A stretch of 64,000 nt of DNA from Halobacteriovoraceae bacterium (GTDB lineage: Bacteria > Bdellovibrionota > Bacteriovoracia > Bacteriovoracales > Bacteriovoracaceae): the NCBI GenBank assembly GCA_963719505.1, contig CAVRCF010000001.1, positions 1,056,001 through 1,120,000 of the forward strand, read 5' to 3'. Numbering within the stretch: the stretch's first letter is position 1; each line of letters begins with the position of its first letter. The position numbers and the translations under genes are program-made. The notes below the pieces were generated by a model. That model saw only the letters and a list, made by a program, of their open reading frames with translations, was not told the origin of the DNA and made no database searches. Below are positions 60,185 to 64,000 of the stretch, piece after piece.

Positions 60185-61220
60185 TCTGTTGCTCCCTTGA
60201 GTTAACGTAGCTTTCAACCAAAACAATAGGTACGATTGAGAAAAGGTTCACGCCTGGAATGGCCATGATGATTCCCTTTCCAAGCTCCCATGTTATTTTT
60301 CCGGCAATTGCCCATGGTGATTTTTTTGGCTCATAAAGAAATGGTAATTCTACCATCGTTGTTAGATCTTTATCACTCACGAGTCCAAGCTCATTGCTGG
60401 CCACAAGTAAGTCGTGGAAGTCTGGCTGCTTACCTGAAAAAATTTCTCCACCTTGGGACATTTTAGCAAGTTCTAGTTTTAGCAGTTTTACGCTCATTCT
60501 GTATTTCTCTGCTTCATCGAGAACATAATTCTCGTCACTTTGTCCGTCTCCATCGTAATCGAAATAAAGTCCGGCAGAGACGGCTAAAATACGATTTTCA
60601 AAAGTTTGAAGAATTTTTCCCATATGCTTAATCTGGGAGTAGTTATATCGAAGTAAAGTGTATTGTCTGGGAGTTAGCTTTTTGACCTTTCCAAGCTTTT
60701 TTAAGTACTTCTTTTGGGAAAGCGGTGATTCATTTTGAATTGTATCGCGTCTACTGAGATAACTCTTTCTAAGCAATCGAATTTTAGAAGCGTAGCTTGA
60801 CAATGTTCCAGTATAAATCGATTTACTTGAGAATTTACTCATGATGATAATTGTGGCCGTACCATCAAAAAAACCTTGAATATACCCGTAGATAATAGCG
60901 GGTTTAATAGAACTTCTTAAGCAGTCTAATTCATCCTCTTGATACAGAAGACATTGATCCTTTCTTTCTTTAAAAAAGTCTATCCTCATTAGAGAGCGCA
61001 TGATGTCTTTTGTGATTGAGTTTTTCGTCAGTTCACTAAAAGCCTGATCGACTTCAGCTTTAATATGGGGATTCTTTCGAAAAAGTCTATTTGCCCGTCT
61101 AATATCGCCAGAACTAATATGTTTTGTGTATTGGTCTCGACATGAGTTGTGCACAGTAGGCTTACAAGTGTCTGCTAGAAGATTTCCAGAAAATATAAGT
61201 AGTAGGGTAAGAATTTTCAT
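60150..61220 (-). CDS. Hypothetical secreted protein
   Basis: Signal peptide; DYDGDGQSDE Ca-binding-like loop; C-terminal hydrophobic hairpin. Confidence 0.75.
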   Translation of the reverse strand: MKILTLLLIFSGNLLADTCKPTVHNSCRDQYTKHISSGDIRRANRLFRKNPHIKAEVDQAFSELTKNSITKDIMRSLMRIDFFKERKDQCLLYQEDELDCLRSSIKPAIIYGYIQGFFDGTATIIIMSKFSSKSIYTGTLSSYASKIRLLRKSYLSRRDTIQNESPLSQKKYLKKLGKVKKLTPRQYTLLRYNYSQIKHMGKILQTFENRILAVSAGLYFDYDGDGQSDENYVLDEAEKYRMSVKLLKLELAKMSQGGEIFSGKQPDFHDLLVASNELGLVSDKDLTTMVELPFLYEPKKSPWAIAGKITWELGKGIIMAIPGVNLFSIVPIVLVESYVNSREQQNETSDLHIFTF

Positions 61221-61405
61221 TGACCTCTTTTAGCATGGAGTGCCGCGTAGCGCTATCAGAATGAAAAAACTACATTTGTTGGCACTTTTCGATATTTCTC
61301 GGTAACTCTCTAAAGAAAACTTAATTTGAAAGCATGTAATTACCAAGGCTTAGTTGTAAAAAAAGAAAAGAAAACTGCAATTTGCGATTCGATTATAATG
61401 AATCT

Positions 61406-62416
61406 ATGGAAAAACTAACGATAAATGTTGTGTCTTATAAGCTCCTCGATCTTCCTTCTCATCAAGATGAACTCGATGAACTACACTCTCAAAATGCGAT
61501 GTATGAATACCAGGCTTTTACTGATTTGGATGAGCTTTTTAAGTTTTCATCCGAAGCTCAAAACGTCTTTTTCATTTTTAATATCGTCTCGAAAACAGAT
61601 TATATTCTTATCCAAAAGTACCTTTTAAACCTCAAAAAGAAAAAAGTGCTTTATAAAGCCATCTGTTTTTTCGATTTTGATAATGAAAAGGCTTTGGGCT
61701 CGCTTTATAAGTTAGATGTTGCAAATGTCTTAAATACTAGTACCTCAACAAAAAACTTTATTATAAAAGTAAATATGGTCCTGAGATCTTTTGAAAAAAA
61801 GCTAAAAGATGACAATAAAGATCTCAACTATGTTCACTTAAATCAACAAGAGGAAGATTTCTTAGTGAAATCAACTTCTAAGAAGAAAACGAAGAAAGAA
61901 CCGACAGAAAATCTTCATCCGACCGAATTTGGTTTCGGTGAAGCGTCTGCTTTCAAAAATGATAGAGAGATCCTAGATTCTAAGTTTGCCACTCCCCAAG
62001 ATGATGGAAATGAAGCAAGGCTTATCGATTATATTGATGAACTTGGTATTAATGGCAAACTCAATATTCAACAGGGACACCTTGAGATAAAACTAGGGGG
62101 AGATTGTTCTAGCACAAAGTGTAGCTTTGAGAGTTTTTATGAGGAAAGTATTATTTTGGGATTAGAAGGCCCAATTGATTTTAAAGAGAATGATACTAAA
62201 AGTATTTATATCAAATTTATCTATGAAAAATGTAAAGTTGAAATTGAACTTGAGGGGATTGTCGTCGAAATTGAACGCCACAATACCAACTCTCGCTATG
62301 TCAGCTTTAGCCTTGGAGAGTTTGGAGTTGATCAGCGAGAGTATTTCATGTCTCTGTACGAGATGCGTCAGAAGAGTATTCATGAGTTTATGATGCTTGC
62401 GAGGGGAATTGCATAG
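61406..62416 (+). CDS. Hypothetical protein: degenerate receiver-like N-terminus, PilZ-like beta-barrel C-terminus
   Basis: ATG 61406 in the listed frame. VEIELEGIVVEIE...YVSF resembles a PilZ-type barrel but the RxxxR motif is absent. Confidence 0.55.
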   Translation: MEKLTINVVSYKLLDLPSHQDELDELHSQNAMYEYQAFTDLDELFKFSSEAQNVFFIFNIVSKTDYILIQKYLLNLKKKKVLYKAICFFDFDNEKALGSLYKLDVANVLNTSTSTKNFIIKVNMVLRSFEKKLKDDNKDLNYVHLNQQEEDFLVKSTSKKKTKKEPTENLHPTEFGFGEASAFKNDREILDSKFATPQDDGNEARLIDYIDELGINGKLNIQQGHLEIKLGGDCSSTKCSFESFYEESIILGLEGPIDFKENDTKSIYIKFIYEKCKVEIELEGIVVEIERHNTNSRYVSFSLGEFGVDQREYFMSLYEMRQKSIHEFMMLARGIA

Positions 62417-62448
62417 ATTTTCCATGTTCGATTTGAAATAATAGACTC

Positions 62449-63177
62449 ATGACCATTCTAATCACATTTTTTCTATCGAGCATCGTTTTTGCTCAGAACC
62501 AAACGGTTCATTCCTTTGGTCAAGCCAAAGCTCATTTGCGGCTAGTTTATGGAAATAAAAATAAAACCTTTTATTGTCTTTGTGACTATCAAAAAAAATC
62601 AATTTCAGGAAGTTGTAAACTCTCTATAAAGCGTTATAAAAAACGTCAAAAACGACTTGAATGGGAGCATGTTGTGCCCGCTCATGCCTTTGGACAAAGT
62701 TTCAAGTCTTGGCGTGATCACAAAGAGGCTTGTCCTGCAAAGAAAAATAAAAAAGGACGACTAAAATATAAAGGATCAAGGAAGTGTGCGCGTAAAAAAG
62801 ATCAGCTTTTTAGATTGATGGAAGCAGATATCTATAATCTCGTTCCCTCCATTGGCGCCGTAAATGCTTTGAGATCAAATTACTCATTTGCTGAACTACC
62901 ATCGTCAAAACTTTCTCCTGTTTGTGTTGGAGGTCCAATCATCACTGACAATAAAATTCAGCCTCCAAGTTATATCAAGGGTGATATTGCGAGGGTCTAT
63001 CAATATATGGATTCAAACTATCCTGGTCGCGGTATTATCTCCAATAAAAATAGAAAACTTTTTGAAGCGTGGTCAAAGCTTGACCCTGTTGATGATAAAG
63101 AGTGTGCTGTCTATTCTAAGAAAAAACTCATTCAAAAAAATATTAACCCCATCCTAGAGAAGCTATGTCTAAAATAA
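62449..63177 (+). CDS. endA: Endonuclease I (EndA/Dns/Vvn family), secreted DNase
   Basis: Signal peptide; TFYCLC, RLEWEHVVPA, MEADIYNLVPSIGAVNALRSN, KGDIAR, W...DPVD. Confidence 0.9.
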   Translation: MTILITFFLSSIVFAQNQTVHSFGQAKAHLRLVYGNKNKTFYCLCDYQKKSISGSCKLSIKRYKKRQKRLEWEHVVPAHAFGQSFKSWRDHKEACPAKKNKKGRLKYKGSRKCARKKDQLFRLMEADIYNLVPSIGAVNALRSNYSFAELPSSKLSPVCVGGPIITDNKIQPPSYIKGDIARVYQYMDSNYPGRGIISNKNRKLFEAWSKLDPVDDKECAVYSKKKLIQKNINPILEKLCLK

Positions 63178-64000
63178 AAATCCTTGCCCTATTTATCCTT
63201 TTTGTTTCATGTTCAAAGCCAAAAGTGACTTTAATAAAACAGTGGCATCTTTCTCCAAATGAAGTCACTAAGGATATAGAGAAATCAAAGAGCTTGCCTC
63301 AATTTGAAAACCAAATTGATATTTTCGAATCTTCAGTCAAACTTGTGGAGCAGGGCTCGGAAGCAATTATTGCTGAGGGGTGTGAGTCTCCAAGCAAGTA
63401 CTTTAAAGAGAATTTTAATGGATGGGATTTGAGCTCATTACAAACAACACAGAAGCTTATTGGTGTAAAAGATATTTTGGCACCGGTTCCCTTGAAGCTA
63501 AAAGCAAAGTTTGGATCTGACATCGAAATTATTTGTGGTGATAGTGAAAGAATTATCAAAGAGAATAATTTAGCGTTTTCTGATCTTAAAGGATATGTAA
63601 ACTTCTATCGCAGACTCATGGAATTTAAAAATAAAGACCAAAGTTCTTTTGATAAATATAAAAACGCACTAAGTAATATTGTTGAGATTAAAGATAACCA
63701 AGATCCTGTCTTGGTGGCGAGAGACTTGGCTTTAAGATCTCTCGCTCTTTTCCAAAAACATATTGAAGATCGAAACTTATTTTTTCTCAAGAAAATTATT
63801 GATAATAGAGATTTAGATCCTGTGTTAATCATTGGTGGACTCCATATTAACGGGATTACGCAAAAACTGAAAGAGGCTGGAATTGAATTTGAAGTGATCG
63901 AGCCAAAAGGCTACCCCAAAGAGGAAGATCGCCTAGTTGAAGATCTTTTGAAATTGTTAAGACAGTATAAAACAGAAAAATTTGTAACTTTTCAAATACC
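63165..64000 (+). CDS. Lipoprotein, possibly TraB/GumN/ChaN-like; 3'-truncated and absent from the ORF track
   Basis: ATG 63165 overlaps the nuclease stop; lipobox FVSC; QWH, IIAEG, EDRN and LIIGGLH motifs; frame open to the window end. Confidence 0.75.
   Translation, partial: MSKIKILALFILFVSCSKPKVTLIKQWHLSPNEVTKDIEKSKSLPQFENQIDIFESSVKLVEQGSEAIIAEGCESPSKYFKENFNGWDLSSLQTTQKLIGVKDILAPVPLKLKAKFGSDIEIICGDSERIIKENNLAFSDLKGYVNFYRRLMEFKNKDQSSFDKYKNALSNIVEIKDNQDPVLVARDLALRSLALFQKHIEDRNLFFLKKIIDNRDLDPVLIIGGLHINGITQKLKEAGIEFEVIEPKGYPKEEDRLVEDLLKLLRQYKTEKFVTFQI

Noticed and set aside
61232-61280. Sigma-54 promoter upstream of the 61220 gene
   Set aside because: Minus-strand GGCACTCCATGC has GG-N8-GC spacing instead of the required N10.
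63299-63832. Minus-strand ORFs 63299-63559 and 63605-63832, and similar short ORFs nested in long genes across the track
   Set aside because: They are shadow ORFs opposite or inside well-supported genes, here the open + frame from 63165, and carry no motifs.

Overview
An AT-rich bacterial chromosomal segment. Gene content and the many orphan secreted proteins suggest a predatory Bdellovibrionota of the Bacteriovorax/Halobacteriovorax type; this is an inference, not a search result. Housekeeping genes include dciA-like, lptE, holA, hemY, grxD, bolA, exonuclease-DinG, M48 peptidase, gloB, bcp, CpoB-like, LysM, DUF368, ppiC, endonuclease I and tRNA-Arg(UCG). One complete IS1202-family IS lies at 4368-5696. 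A Na+-NQR operon (nqrA-F, apbE, nqrM) carries many single-base indels and is split by a CheB/CheR-PAS, hybrid kinase and BLUF block. An AT-rich two-component islet follows the tRNA and contains an uncalled kinase pseudogene. There are two leading candidates for undescribed systems. The first is a four-gene minus-strand cluster at 30362-38370: a 1243-aa circularly permuted ATP-grasp ligase fused to a HEXXH peptidase domain, a membrane-anchored protein, a probable outer-membrane barrel and a secreted papain-like protease. The second is a pair of secreted BPI/LBP(TULIP)-like proteins at 5794-9530 behind a sigma-54-type promoter. No CRISPR array, rRNA or prophage was seen.
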